From an uncultured Gammaproteobacteria bacterium (GTDB lineage Bacteria > Patescibacteriota > Microgenomatia > Levybacterales > GWA1-39-11): 64,000 bases of DNA. Numbering within the stretch: position 1 is the stretch's first letter; every line of letters starts with the position of its first letter. The translations under genes and the position numbers were made by a program. Location: NCBI GenBank assembly GCA_964448725.1, contig CAYVAJ010000003.1, forward strand, positions 17,867 to 81,866, given 5' to 3'. The notes beneath the pieces were generated by a model that ran no database searches, was not told where the DNA came from, and worked only from the letters and a program-made list of their open reading frames with translations. Positions 1 to 9,817 of this stretch are shown piece after piece.

Positions 1-28
1 CCATCGGGGTAAACTTCTCGTCCCTTTG

Positions 29-112
29 TGCCCAGGGCGGGACTCGAACCCGCACATCGAAAGCCGATACAGGATTTTAAGTCCTGCGTGTCTACCATTC
101 CACCACCCGGGC
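29..112 (-). tRNA. tRNA-Leu (anticodon TAA), long variable arm, CCA not encoded
   Basis: Reverse complement GCCCGGG TG GTGGAATGGTAGACAC GCAGGAC TTAAAA TCCTG TATCGGCTTTCGATGT GCGGG TTCGAGT CCCGC CCTGGGC A folds as a type II cloverleaf. Confidence 0.97.
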
Positions 113-214
113 GATAACCTCATTATTTTACCTGAAGAGAAGAGTGTATTCAACAAAATACATAAATCACATACTCAATACAGTATACGGAATACCGTAT
201 ACCTAATACTGATC

Positions 215-1183
215 TTAAGGATGATGTGGTGGTTCAACACCGAGAGTGGTAAGAGAGTAGTCCAGTAAATCTTTCATTTCCTGCCGTCTGTTCTCGCTAT
301 TAAGAATAACTCCAATAATTTTATGTCCTCCATACTCAAGATATGTCACAAGACACATACCTGCTTCGTATGTATATCCTGTTTTTACTCCTTTTACTCC
401 TGGGTAGGTAGTGAGCAAATTCGTATCATTAAACAGACGATAGTAGCCATGGTACTTATTCTCAGGCAATTCTTTCTCAACAGTTGCTACAATTTCAGCA
501 AATTCAGGAATATTTAATGCGTATTTGGTTATTACCAACAAATCATATGCAGTAGAATACTGTTCTCCATCTCCTTCAAGTCCGCTTGGATTAGTAAAAC
601 GAGTATCAGAAAGTCCCAGTTGTTCTGCTTTTTTATTCATCAAGAACAAGAAGTTTTCCCGCCCAACAGAACTTGTTTCAGCAAGTACTTCTGCAGCATC
701 ATTTCCTGACGGAAGTATTAATCCATATAATAACTCACGGCGAGTAAATTGCTCTTTTTCAACTAGCCCCATAGAGTTTTCGCCAATTGTTGCAGCACGC
801 TTGCTGATAGTAACCAGCTCATCCAACTGTTCATTTTCTATCACCACAACTGCGGTCATAATTTTAGTGAGTGACGCAAGCGGTAATCGCTTTTTTATGT
901 CTTTTTCATAAAGGAGCTTATCACTTGCAAGGTCATAGGCAAGTACTGATCGTGCTGAAAACTCAGGAATATTTTTTGATGACGAGAGAACAGGTGAAAT
1001 ATGTGGTTTCCAATACTCATGAGTTGCTAATACTTGTTGTGTTTTGTCAGTAAAAATATTAGGAAGCGGGGAAGTGAGACGAAAGGAGCTTGTTTCAATA
1101 ACCTGCGGTTTTAGGAAAATTATCGCAAATATTGCACACCCAAGAATACCTAAGAACACAAAAATTTTCTTTGATCTAATCAT
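215..1183 (-). CDS. D-alanyl-D-alanine carboxypeptidase (peptidase S11)
   Basis: SLTK (SxxK), SGN and KTG motifs plus an N-terminal TM helix; ATG at 1183 chosen over TTG at 1189. Confidence 0.92.
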   Translation of the reverse strand: MIRSKKIFVFLGILGCAIFAIIFLKPQVIETSSFRLTSPLPNIFTDKTQQVLATHEYWKPHISPVLSSSKNIPEFSARSVLAYDLASDKLLYEKDIKKRLPLASLTKIMTAVVVIENEQLDELVTISKRAATIGENSMGLVEKEQFTRRELLYGLILPSGNDAAEVLAETSSVGRENFLFLMNKKAEQLGLSDTRFTNPSGLEGDGEQYSTAYDLLVITKYALNIPEFAEIVATVEKELPENKYHGYYRLFNDTNLLTTYPGVKGVKTGYTYEAGMCLVTYLEYGGHKIIGVILNSENRRQEMKDLLDYSLTTLGVEPPHHP

Positions 1184-1256
1184 AGGCAACCTTTAGTATA
1201 AAATGAGAAAAAAAATCATGCAAGTTATATTTATAATTTTTTGAATAACTCGGGGT

Positions 1257-1324
1257 TGACCCATTCGACAAGCTCAGGGTATTATTGGAATGACTCATTC
1301 GGCAGCTCAAGGTACTATTGGTAT
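1257..1324. repeat. Two tandem ~34-bp REP-like units
   Basis: tgacccattcgacaagctcagggtattattggaa followed by tgactcattcggcagctcaaggtactattggtat. Confidence 0.7.
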
Positions 1325-1352
1325 TGACAAGTAGGAGAAATATATTTATAAC
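1324..1352 (+). promoter_or_regulatory. sigma70-type promoter for the methyltransferase
   Basis: TTGACA-17 bp-TATAAC. Confidence 0.65.
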
Positions 1353-1379
1353 TAGTAGGCGCTTATTCACTTTTTGCAT

Positions 1380-1973
1380 ATGAAACAGACAACATCAAAC
1401 TTTCAAAAACACCAACATAGAAATCCTATTCAAAGATATTTGATTAATAATTTTTATACTGAATTTTTCAAAATTTTACGCAGGACTAAATCTGATAAGA
1501 TTTTGGATGTAGGGTGCGGAGAGGGTATAACACTCAATAGAATCCAGCATTTAAAGTTAGGAAAAAAATTAGAAGGTATTGACTATTCAGATGACGCAAT
1601 CGCAATAGGCAAAAAAATGTTTCCTGATCTTACATTAAAGAAAGCAGATATTTATTCACTCCCATATAAAGATAATGCATTTGATCTCGTACTTTGCAAT
1701 GAAGTACTGGAACACCTAGAACGGCCACAAGATGCATTAAAAGAACTTATTCGAGTAAGTAATAAATACCTTTTACTTTCAGTACCAAATGAACCATGGT
1801 TTCGTCTTGCTAACTTTATCCGCGGTCGCCATGTCACCCGATTTGGTAATCATCCTGAACATGTTCAGAACTGGACTCATACACAATTTACTCAATTGTT
1901 GAAAAAAAACAAATTAAAAATTAAAGATAAAAAACTTCCTTTTGCCTGGACACTTATTCTTGTACAAAAGTAG
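1380..1973 (+). CDS. Class I SAM-dependent methyltransferase
   Basis: LDVGCGEG motif I; FDLVLCNEVLEHL. Confidence 0.92.
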   Translation: MKQTTSNFQKHQHRNPIQRYLINNFYTEFFKILRRTKSDKILDVGCGEGITLNRIQHLKLGKKLEGIDYSDDAIAIGKKMFPDLTLKKADIYSLPYKDNAFDLVLCNEVLEHLERPQDALKELIRVSNKYLLLSVPNEPWFRLANFIRGRHVTRFGNHPEHVQNWTHTQFTQLLKKNKLKIKDKKLPFAWTLILVQK

Positions 1974-1990
1974 AATCGTGCATACCAGTT

Positions 1991-2527
1991 CTAATCTACA
2001 TTAAGTGAGCGGATCGAGTCTGCACCATTATCTTCTAAAATAACACGTGCTTCACGTGTACTTCCTTCCCGTACTGGAACAGCAAGTAGCACACCGCCTT
2101 CTTTAACTCGTTCTTCATATACCCTTGCTTCTTCTTCTGGTACTCCTAATCCTACTAGTGCACCAACAAGTCCTCCTGCAAGTGCTCCGGTTGCAGCACC
2201 TGAAACAGTTACCGCAGCTGCTCCCGTCAGGCCAAGAATAGCAGCAAGTGGCCCTCCAATTAAAATCGCTCCTATTCCGGGAATAGTAATTGCTCCGATC
2301 CCCACAAGTAACCCTGCAAGACCACCAAGAACACCTCCTGTTACAGCACCTGATGCAGCTCCTTCCGCAACACTTGCACCAGTATCTTGGGTAACTGTCT
2401 GTGTAGTTTCTCCATCACGCATAACGATTGAAATATCTTTTGCGTCATATCCTTCTGTTTTGAGATCTTCTATTGCGTCTTCTGCTGTATTTTTGTCAGA
2501 GAATACTCCTATTACCATATCAGCCAT
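1991..2527 (-). CDS. General stress protein (YflT-like N-terminus, glycine-zipper membrane hairpin)
   Basis: VIGVF...AEDAIEDL...GY..KDISIV followed by Gly-rich TM region and GLGVPEEEARVYE; strong SD AGGAGGTGA. Confidence 0.85.
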   Translation of the reverse strand: MADMVIGVFSDKNTAEDAIEDLKTEGYDAKDISIVMRDGETTQTVTQDTGASVAEGAASGAVTGGVLGGLAGLLVGIGAITIPGIGAILIGGPLAAILGLTGAAAVTVSGAATGALAGGLVGALVGLGVPEEEARVYEERVKEGGVLLAVPVREGSTREARVILEDNGADSIRSLNVD

Positions 2528-2760
2528 ATAAAATTCACCTCCTTCACCCTGATTTAATCGGGGCTTGTTTTCTCAATATTCTGTTCTGCAGAAAAAATTT
2601 AAAGGCTCGGGTAGGAACAAGAAAAACCTGCCTCTCACGCATGTGAGTTATTATCATTTATCCTGATTCCTACTCAAGCCCTATTATTTCCATGATACTT
2701 TTTCATCATCAAAATAAAACAAATAAATCGTAAGAGAAGAGTAATGACTGCTTTGCCCAT

Positions 2761-2797
2761 AAAAAACACCAGATGTGTGATAAGTACATCTGGTGTT
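2761..2797 (-). terminator. Intrinsic terminator of the 66-aa gene
   Basis: 12-bp stem aacaccagatgt/acatctggtgtt followed by a T-run on the minus strand. Confidence 0.75.
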
Positions 2798-2809
2798 GAT
2801 TTTAGGATT

Positions 2810-3010
2810 TTATTTTCTTTTTAATACCGGCAACCCGGTTTTTTGACTCTCAACAACGGTAAATCCTTCAGGAACCGTATCAATGGCTTCAGGTCGTTTA
2901 TCAGGCGCGAAATAGAATATCCGTTGTTTACGATCACCTCCACGGAGTTTTACTTCTTTTGAGTGTAAAAAGTATTCTTGTCCTCGAGAATTTGTATATG
3001 CATATGCCAT
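2810..3010 (-). CDS. Small conserved hypothetical protein (66 aa)
   Basis: Strong SD AAGGAGGTGA, own terminator, globular-looking sequence. Confidence 0.8.
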   Translation of the reverse strand: MAYAYTNSRGQEYFLHSKEVKLRGGDRKQRIFYFAPDKRPEAIDTVPEGFTVVESQKTGLPVLKRK

Positions 3011-3274
3011 AGTAATTCACCTCCTTATTTTCCCGACATTGGCGGGATATATTTGATATTTCTCATATACTGCTAATATAGCTAACTCCATTATTAATAA
3101 TTTCTATGATAAGAAGGTACTCCTTTGCTACAAGATTATATATCTTGAAAGATAATACTAAATTGCTCCCTTTAGAAGTCCACTAAAAACCGGTAAGGAA
3201 CCTGCAAGAAACAAAGACAAAATAGGTACATACTAGTGTTGAGATTGTAAGAAGTTCTTGTTATAATCGGGTAC

Positions 3275-3946
3275 ATGACAAACACGGTTCTATTAGTTGA
3301 AGATGATGCTGGATTGCAAAGCTATCTCAAAGAATTATTGCTTGACAGTGGATTTTCTGTACAAATAGCATCAGACGGTATTCAAGCTCTCAATACTCTC
3401 AAAAAAATCGAACCTGATATTATTATCCTTGATCTCGGGTTGCCAAATATGAGCGGGGAGACAGTATGCAGGGAAGTCCGCAAAAAATATCCAGATCTTC
3501 CTATCATTATTCTAACTGCTAAAGATTCAACTTCTGATATTGTCCAAGGACTTGATTTAGGCGCTGATGACTATATGACAAAACCATTTGTGGCTGATGA
3601 ATTATTAGCACGTATAAAAGTACGATTACGAAAGCAGGGTAGTGGTGATACAAAATTGAAAGTACTTGATCTCGAACTTGATACAAACACACTGGATGTA
3701 CTACGCAATGGAAAACAAATCCAACTTACCCCAAAAGAATTTAAGCTTCTTGAATACTTAATGCGGAATAAAGGACGAATATTGACTCGTGAGATGATTT
3801 TAAACAGAATCTGGCTGTACTCTCCTGATATAGAAACACGAGTAGTTGATGTGTATATGGGATATCTTCGTAAAAAGATTGATAGTGATCACAAGAAAAA
3901 GCTTATCCAGTCAGTCCGCGGGTTTGGTTACATGATTAAAGAGTAA
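3275..3946 (+). CDS. OmpR/PhoB-family response regulator (MprA-like)
   Basis: Receiver domain (LVEDD, DLGLP, TKPF) plus winged helix (LTPKEF...VDVYMGYLRKKI...VRGFGY). Confidence 0.95.
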   Translation: MTNTVLLVEDDAGLQSYLKELLLDSGFSVQIASDGIQALNTLKKIEPDIIILDLGLPNMSGETVCREVRKKYPDLPIIILTAKDSTSDIVQGLDLGADDYMTKPFVADELLARIKVRLRKQGSGDTKLKVLDLELDTNTLDVLRNGKQIQLTPKEFKLLEYLMRNKGRILTREMILNRIWLYSPDIETRVVDVYMGYLRKKIDSDHKKKLIQSVRGFGYMIKE

Positions 3947-3948
3947 GA

Positions 3949-4995
3949 CTATTTTTGTAACTGTAATAATTTTATTACATCCACTTTGTGCTGTCTCATT
4001 TTTCCACGAAAGAATCTTACTGTTTGGGTATCAAGTACTGTATTTTCAGCAACTATTGCATTTGCTGGACGGACTTTCCATACATCATGAACAAAGTGCT
4101 TTAAGAGGGCTTTTTCACCTTCTACACGTGCCTCAGGATTTTCAGCAAGCGTTTCTTCAGTAACTTGAAGTAAATAATCGGGTAGAGAACCTTGTGCTTG
4201 TGATTCAATAATTGCCGTATTTATTAATGCATTTAACCTATCAATAGCATATGAATTTCCCATAGATCTTCTGACATCAACTACTTGTCCTTCCTTAATC
4301 TCTGTATCCCATGATGACCCAATTTCTTGTAGTGTTTGCTGAATTTCTTGCGGATTAATAGTATCTTCCCATATTTTATCCCTAAATTGACGGGCACGTT
4401 CTTGTACTTCATCATTTCTGACAAGAGCGTGACAAAAATGATTCGGCTTATCTCCTAGATATTTGACTGCAGCAGTACCAAGATTCAGTGGTTTTGCCAC
4501 AGCTACTGATTCTACGATAACTAGCCGTATTTTTGAAGGATCATGATCAACCTCACTGTCCTGTTGCATATATCCCTCGCCATTTAATGCTGCAACAGCA
4601 TCACGCATGAGAATTGATGCAATAGTAAATTCACGTGGTGAATATTTCCCCCATTCTGATTGCAACCAGCCTAATTCATCTGCAGCTTCCATCACTCCTC
4701 CGAGTGATATATGAGCAATATCCAGTTCTTTTCCTGATTCATGTAAGTATTTTTGAAATTTTTTGTTCGCCTCTAATTTTGTGACAAATTGGCCAATTGC
4801 TGTTTCCTTCCCAGCACCAGATGCACCAACAAATGAGACATTTGTTACACTATCTGGATGGTTAATCATATAATCACGAATACGAGGGAATAGTTGCCGT
4901 GATCCTTCTAACCGATCATATACTGCAGTATCTTCCTTTCGCATATGTTGATATGCTTCTTGTGATTGATACATGTTTCCCTCTGATGACATCAT
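3949..4995 (-). CDS. Hypothetical protein with P-loop-like motif
   Basis: 348-aa ORF containing FVGASGAGKET. Confidence 0.7.
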   Translation of the reverse strand: MMSSEGNMYQSQEAYQHMRKEDTAVYDRLEGSRQLFPRIRDYMINHPDSVTNVSFVGASGAGKETAIGQFVTKLEANKKFQKYLHESGKELDIAHISLGGVMEAADELGWLQSEWGKYSPREFTIASILMRDAVAALNGEGYMQQDSEVDHDPSKIRLVIVESVAVAKPLNLGTAAVKYLGDKPNHFCHALVRNDEVQERARQFRDKIWEDTINPQEIQQTLQEIGSSWDTEIKEGQVVDVRRSMGNSYAIDRLNALINTAIIESQAQGSLPDYLLQVTEETLAENPEARVEGEKALLKHFVHDVWKVRPANAIVAENTVLDTQTVRFFRGKMRQHKVDVIKLLQLQK

Positions 4996-4996
4996 A

Positions 4997-6154
4997 CTAT
5001 TTTTTAGGAATCGGAAGCTTTATTAAAACATTTGTGCCTTTATTCTTTTTTGAGGATATTTTGATTGTGCCATGATGTTTATCTACGATACTTTTTGCTA
5101 AATATAATCCAACTCCAATTCCTTCTTTATGTATTTCTCCCTTATAAAAACTTTCAAATATTTTCTTAAGACTCTCCTGTGTAATACCTGAACCCTTATC
5201 TTTAATACTGATATAGTAATAATAATTTTTTTCTTTCACTTCAAATGAAATAACAGATTCTGGGGAGGAAAATTTAGCAGCATTATCAAGTATGCTTATA
5301 AGCATGAGAATTAATTTTTCTTTATCTCCAATAATATGTATAAATCCATTAGAAAGATTGTTCGTGAATGAAACTACTCGCTGAGGATATTGCAAGCGAA
5401 ATCTTCGGAGAGAATCATTAATAATATCAATTATATTTGATTCGACCCAAAAGTATTGAACTTGTCCTGAGCGAATTCTATTAACTTCAAGTATCTCTTT
5501 CACTAAATTTATGAGCCGTATATTTTCGCTATATAATTTTTTAACCCAACCTGACTCGATTGAATCGTTATTTTTGTGCAGATTATAGAGCATTTGTGCA
5601 TAGCCATTAATTACAGTTAAGGGTGTTCGCAGCTCATGTGATGCAAGTGACATAAAAGAATCACGAAGATCCAAAGCAGATTTCATCTCACTGTATAACT
5701 GTGTTTTTCTAATTGCAAGACTTGCCATTGAACCAAATAATTTTAAAATTTCTAATTCTTTTTGAGAGAAATCAATATTGGCTCGTGAACGGATAATTAA
5801 TACACCAATGGATTTATTTTTATATGATAGGGGGAGAAAAATGGAAGACTTTACTCCAGACTCTACAATATCTGGATGAACTTTCTCAAATTCTTTTCGG
5901 GTGATCACAAATGCTTTCTTCTCTTTATAAGATGTGTAGGTAAACCCATTACTTCTTACTCTTACTGCACTTGCATCTTGTGATGAACCGTATACATTCT
6001 TGAGCTTACTTTTTTCTTTAAGAACGATAAGACCGTCTTCTCCATTAACTAAATTTATCGCCTCGCCGACAATTGTCTCATATGTTTTCATAGGAGAAAG
6101 TGGATCAAGGAATTTTAAACTGGATTTATATACACGTTCTATGGTATTTTCCAT
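4997..6154 (-). CDS. GAF-domain sensor histidine kinase
   Basis: GAF region, SHELRTPL H-box, N/G1/G2 boxes; the start could instead be TTG 6166. Confidence 0.92.
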   Translation of the reverse strand: MENTIERVYKSSLKFLDPLSPMKTYETIVGEAINLVNGEDGLIVLKEKSKLKNVYGSSQDASAVRVRSNGFTYTSYKEKKAFVITRKEFEKVHPDIVESGVKSSIFLPLSYKNKSIGVLIIRSRANIDFSQKELEILKLFGSMASLAIRKTQLYSEMKSALDLRDSFMSLASHELRTPLTVINGYAQMLYNLHKNNDSIESGWVKKLYSENIRLINLVKEILEVNRIRSGQVQYFWVESNIIDIINDSLRRFRLQYPQRVVSFTNNLSNGFIHIIGDKEKLILMLISILDNAAKFSSPESVISFEVKEKNYYYYISIKDKGSGITQESLKKIFESFYKGEIHKEGIGVGLYLAKSIVDKHHGTIKISSKKNKGTNVLIKLPIPKK

Positions 6155-6343
6155 TTCCAGTTCCAAATCTTACCAAAAATATTGTATTTAGTAAATAATA
6201 ATCAGGCATAATCTTGCATATTCTTAATCGATTCTTACAAATTCCACATTCTCTGTTAACCAGCAAGCATTAGTATCAGTATTAGTTGCAAGGATAAAAC
6301 TGAAAGAAAATATACAGTAATTTTTTAAAGGGAGGTGATATAT

Positions 6344-6592
6344 ATGGGTATATTATTATGGATTCTATTTGGAGCAATAGCTGGATGGGTAGCATCACTT
6401 ATCATGGGAAGCAATGCACGACAAGGAATTGTCGGAGACATATTACTTGGAATTGTAGGTGCCGTTATCGGAGGTTTCCTTATGAACCTTCTCGGTGCTC
6501 CAGGTGTAACTGGATTTAACGCATACAGTATCATTATTGCAATCGTAGGTGCGATTGCATTGATAGCAATCGGTCGAGCTGTATACCGATAA
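6344..6592 (+). CDS. GlsB/YeaQ/YmgE (transglycosylase-associated) membrane protein
   Basis: WILFGAIAGWVASLIM...DILLGIVGAVIGG; SD GGAGGTGA. Confidence 0.93.
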   Translation: MGILLWILFGAIAGWVASLIMGSNARQGIVGDILLGIVGAVIGGFLMNLLGAPGVTGFNAYSIIIAIVGAIALIAIGRAVYR

Positions 6593-6606
6593 ATACAGTA
6601 TATACA

Positions 6607-6638
6607 CAAAAAACAGCCCTTGCAAAAGGGCTGTTTTG
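6607..6638. terminator. Bidirectional intrinsic terminator
   Basis: aaaacagccct-tgcaaa-agggctgtttt between convergent genes. Confidence 0.8.
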
Positions 6639-6649
6639 TAGTTCTCACA

Positions 6650-6931
6650 TTACCTTACTCGTTGTTCCGGAGATTCGATTTTTGCTCGCGCTTTTTTTGC
6701 CTCATCTTTTACCTGCTCTGCAGGGTCCTTGGGATTATTTTGTCCAGTAGACATTTTTTCTTCAGTCCACTGTTTGGCATTACCCAACGATTTCTTTACC
6801 TTTTCTCTATTATTCTTATCACTCATGGCAATTCCTATGGCAGTCCCTGCTGCTCCTATTACAGCACCTGCAATCATCGCTTTTGCTGTTGTTGATTTTG
6901 TATTTCTTCTTCCAATTTGTATCATGATCAT
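6650..6931 (-). CDS. YtxH-like general stress protein
   Basis: GAVIGAAGTAIG TM segment followed by a charged helix; SD AAGGAGGTGA places the start at 6931 or 6925. Confidence 0.75.
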   Translation of the reverse strand: MIMIQIGRRNTKSTTAKAMIAGAVIGAAGTAIGIAMSDKNNREKVKKSLGNAKQWTEEKMSTGQNNPKDPAEQVKDEAKKARAKIESPEQRVR

Positions 6932-7095
6932 ATTCACCTCCTTGCCTGCAACACCGTGCAAATTATTCTCGTGTGACAGTCGAGCGTTGCTTATCTACAC
7001 AGATATGCTAGCTTTTCAAGATAAAGTCTTAAAAAAGAATAGGTAAGAAATAAGAAAGATTGAGCACATGAAGAGAATCGAGTGAAAATGGACCG

Positions 7096-7383
7096 TTAAT
7101 TTGGAAAGCTTTCTTTTACCATTCGGTACCATTGATACATATCCTCATTATCAGTGGTGTCCATATATGCATATAATTCTTGGTATTCATCAAAACACCG
7201 TTGAGCCGCAGTATTTATCATCATTGAGAGTAACTCAAACTCAAAAGTTTCTCGGATATTTTCAAAGAGAGTAGTAAACAGAAGCTGCTTTTCATTACTT
7301 TCCTCAATCCACATAAGTAAAAGTAGATGTCCAATATGTGGCGTAACACGATGTGGAGCAGATTTAAATGTTGCTTGAATCAT
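7096..7383 (-). CDS. Hypothetical protein
   Basis: 95-aa ORF coupled to the upstream ORF. Confidence 0.55.
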   Translation of the reverse strand: MIQATFKSAPHRVTPHIGHLLLLMWIEESNEKQLLFTTLFENIRETFEFELLSMMINTAAQRCFDEYQELYAYMDTTDNEDMYQWYRMVKESFPN

Positions 7384-7384
7384 A

Positions 7385-7642
7385 TTATATGTTCGATACT
7401 TCGGGTACTTTATAGGTTAAAAACAAATGCACTATTCCACCAAATCCAATGAACATAAAAAGATATTTTAAGCCGGGAATTCCAATACCATATAGAAGAA
7501 TAATTATAAAACCGAGTGTTACACCAATCCCTAATTTCATGAGTGACATATAAATATCACTGCGACTTTTAGTTCGGGGATCAAGAGAGTTGAAGACTAA
7601 AAGTATTAGAGAGATGAACATACTAAATGCAATCATTGTCAT
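7385..7642 (-). CDS. Small membrane protein
   Basis: Three hydrophobic segments; -10-like TACTAT 6 nt before the ATG. Confidence 0.6.
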   Translation of the reverse strand: MTMIAFSMFISLILLVFNSLDPRTKSRSDIYMSLMKLGIGVTLGFIIILLYGIGIPGLKYLFMFIGFGGIVHLFLTYKVPEVSNI

Positions 7643-7788
7643 GCATTTATAGTACTTTTTCCGAATAAGAATGAACGCAAGGATGTGTAAGAATAGTGCA
7701 ATTCTGCAGAGCAGAATTCGTAGGTTAAAAGGCTGTGTAATGAAAACAAATAGAATGCCGTTATATACAGAATAATCTGCTTTGAAGA

Positions 7789-8259
7789 TTATTTCCGGAC
7801 AAGTTTGGAGGTTGAAACAATCTCTAGAATCTGACCATCTTCACGTTCAATAACATTGCTTCCTGATACTCGTTGGAATTCTTGTAGAAGATCAGAAAGC
7901 GTTGCTTGTGTTTCTTTCATTTCTTCTTTAAGCGCCTTCATTTTTTCAGCAATTCTAATAACATCAGGCCGCTTCATAATTTGCTGTTTTGTAGCAGATT
8001 TAACATTGTTTGCTTCCTTTGCTGTCTCAAGATGCTGTCTGTATGTCTGGTCATTTTCCAGGACATTATCGACCATTTCTTTTTGTTCTTTATATTGTTT
8101 CTGAAGAGTATCTATTGTAGTAAGATTACTTTTTATGAGATTTTCAAGGCTTAGGTATACAGTACTCTGATCAGTACTTTCAGTTACTGCATCATCAGTC
8201 GTAACAGTTACTGTTTCTGATTCTACTGCAAGAATTGTTGAGTCAGATTTTTCGTCCAT
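7789..8259 (-). CDS. Hypothetical coiled-coil protein
   Basis: 156-aa helical, charged ORF. Confidence 0.75.
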   Translation of the reverse strand: MDEKSDSTILAVESETVTVTTDDAVTESTDQSTVYLSLENLIKSNLTTIDTLQKQYKEQKEMVDNVLENDQTYRQHLETAKEANNVKSATKQQIMKRPDVIRIAEKMKALKEEMKETQATLSDLLQEFQRVSGSNVIEREDGQILEIVSTSKLVRK

Positions 8260-8359
8260 CGGTATCCACTATACTCAAATTAACTAAAAAAAATCAAGTA
8301 GTAAAAGTAACTTCAATACAATAAATGATTTGTTATATTGCAAAAAAGTAATTATAATA

Positions 8360-8731
8360 ATGAACGAAATGGTACACAATAACAGATATGGAGGAGTAAT
8401 ATGGACTAATCACGCATTAGAACGACTTACTCAACGAAATTTAGCACAGAACATGGCATTTAGTGCTTTTTCTTCCCCAGACCGTACTGTTCCTGGTAAA
8501 AAATCACATACAACTGAATTTCAAAAAAAAATTAAGAAATATTTTGTAACAGTTATTGCAACGAAAAATGATCAAAATGAATGGGTGGTGTTATCCTGTT
8601 GGGTAGATCCGCCTATGCCAGGATCAATTGATATAGCAAAAAAGAAAGCGTACCGGGAATATCAAAATGCTTCTATTTGGAAGAAATTATGGCTTACTGT
8701 AAAGGCGCAGCTTGGTTTAAGTAAGGTCTGA
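8360..8731 (+). CDS. DUF4258-like protein
   Basis: IWTNHALERLTQR...PDR motif typical of DUF4258/RelE-like fold proteins. Confidence 0.65.
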   Translation: MNEMVHNNRYGGVIWTNHALERLTQRNLAQNMAFSAFSSPDRTVPGKKSHTTEFQKKIKKYFVTVIATKNDQNEWVVLSCWVDPPMPGSIDIAKKKAYREYQNASIWKKLWLTVKAQLGLSKV

Positions 8732-9413
8732 ATTCTTGAATGTCTGCATTTGCGCGTAATTCTGTAATCAATTTCTGGTATTGTTCTCCTAATTTTTGCT
8801 GTGATAACTGTTGTTTTACCATTTCACGTAATTGCTTTTCATCCTGATCTGGAGGCAATAGGTCTTTATTCTGCTCAATATAATTGTTAATCTCTTCTTC
8901 ACTTACCTCTGTTGTACCAATCATTTTTTCGACTGATTTCTGTATTTGATAATTCTCTCGTAATCCTTCCCGAGTCATACCAAGTAAAGCAAGTTGACTA
9001 TCGAGAGATTGACCTGACTGTTTTAAAGCTTCTTCTGTCTTTTTCATTTCTTGATTAATTTCTTCTTCTGAAACTGTAATTCCTCTTTTTTCTGCTTCCT
9101 GCAGCAAGAGTGACTTATCAATCATAATGTTTACAACTTCTGCAACTTCATTTCTTTTTACTTTTTCAAGCTCGTCTAAAACCGCAAAAGTAGTAAGCGG
9201 TTTGCCATTTACTTTTGCAAATAAATATTTATCTTGGAAAAAATAGAGGAGCAGAGCAACACCAATAATAATTAATACAATCGTAATTTTCACTGGATTT
9301 ATTGCTGGAAAACGTGTTTTTATTGATGATACCCGAGAGAAAAATAAAGGAGACGGTTTAATGTCTGTTTTTTTCGTAGTTTTCTTAGTGGTTTTTTTAG
9401 TGCTTGTTGCCAT
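8694..9413 (-). CDS. SurA N-terminal domain / PrsA-like foldase
   Basis: TM anchor, AKVNGKP, LLQEAEKRGITVSEEEIN. Confidence 0.85.
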   Translation of the reverse strand: MATSTKKTTKKTTKKTDIKPSPLFFSRVSSIKTRFPAINPVKITIVLIIIGVALLLYFFQDKYLFAKVNGKPLTTFAVLDELEKVKRNEVAEVVNIMIDKSLLLQEAEKRGITVSEEEINQEMKKTEEALKQSGQSLDSQLALLGMTREGLRENYQIQKSVEKMIGTTEVSEEEINNYIEQNKDLLPPDQDEKQLREMVKQQLSQQKLGEQYQKLITELRANADIQEFRPYLNQAAPLQ

Positions 9414-9457
9414 TACCCGATATTATATCAAAAACAATTCAATTGCAATATATTAAT

Positions 9458-9817
9458 TTATCTGTTCGTATAATTTGATACTTTTTCGAGTAAATCATGG
9501 ATATCAAACGGTTTTGAGAGAAAATCATCAGCTCCTGCATCAAGAACTGTCTGTTTTACATTAGGATGTGCTGATACCATTACAATCGGAATTGCAGCGG
9601 TTGCCGTATCATTTTTTAATGTTTGTGCTACATCACGACCATCGTCTCCTGATAACAGCACATCAAGGATAATCATATCAGGATGTTTTTGTAGTGCAGC
9701 TTCAATAGCACTTTTTCCATCAACTGCAGTAAAAACAATATAATTATCAAGTTCAAGTGAAATCTGAACTGCTTCCAGTATTGCGCTATCATCATCAACG
9801 ACAAGTATTTTTTTCAT
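9458..9817 (-). CDS. Single-domain response regulator (CheY-like receiver)
   Basis: ILVVDDD, PDMIILD, KPF. Confidence 0.93.
   Translation of the reverse strand: MKKILVVDDDSAILEAVQISLELDNYIVFTAVDGKSAIEAALQKHPDMIILDVLLSGDDGRDVAQTLKNDTATAAIPIVMVSAHPNVKQTVLDAGADDFLSKPFDIHDLLEKVSNYTNR

Noticed and set aside
26-268. 80-aa ORF (and 52133-52330, 65 aa)
   Set aside because: Antisense translations of tRNA genes.
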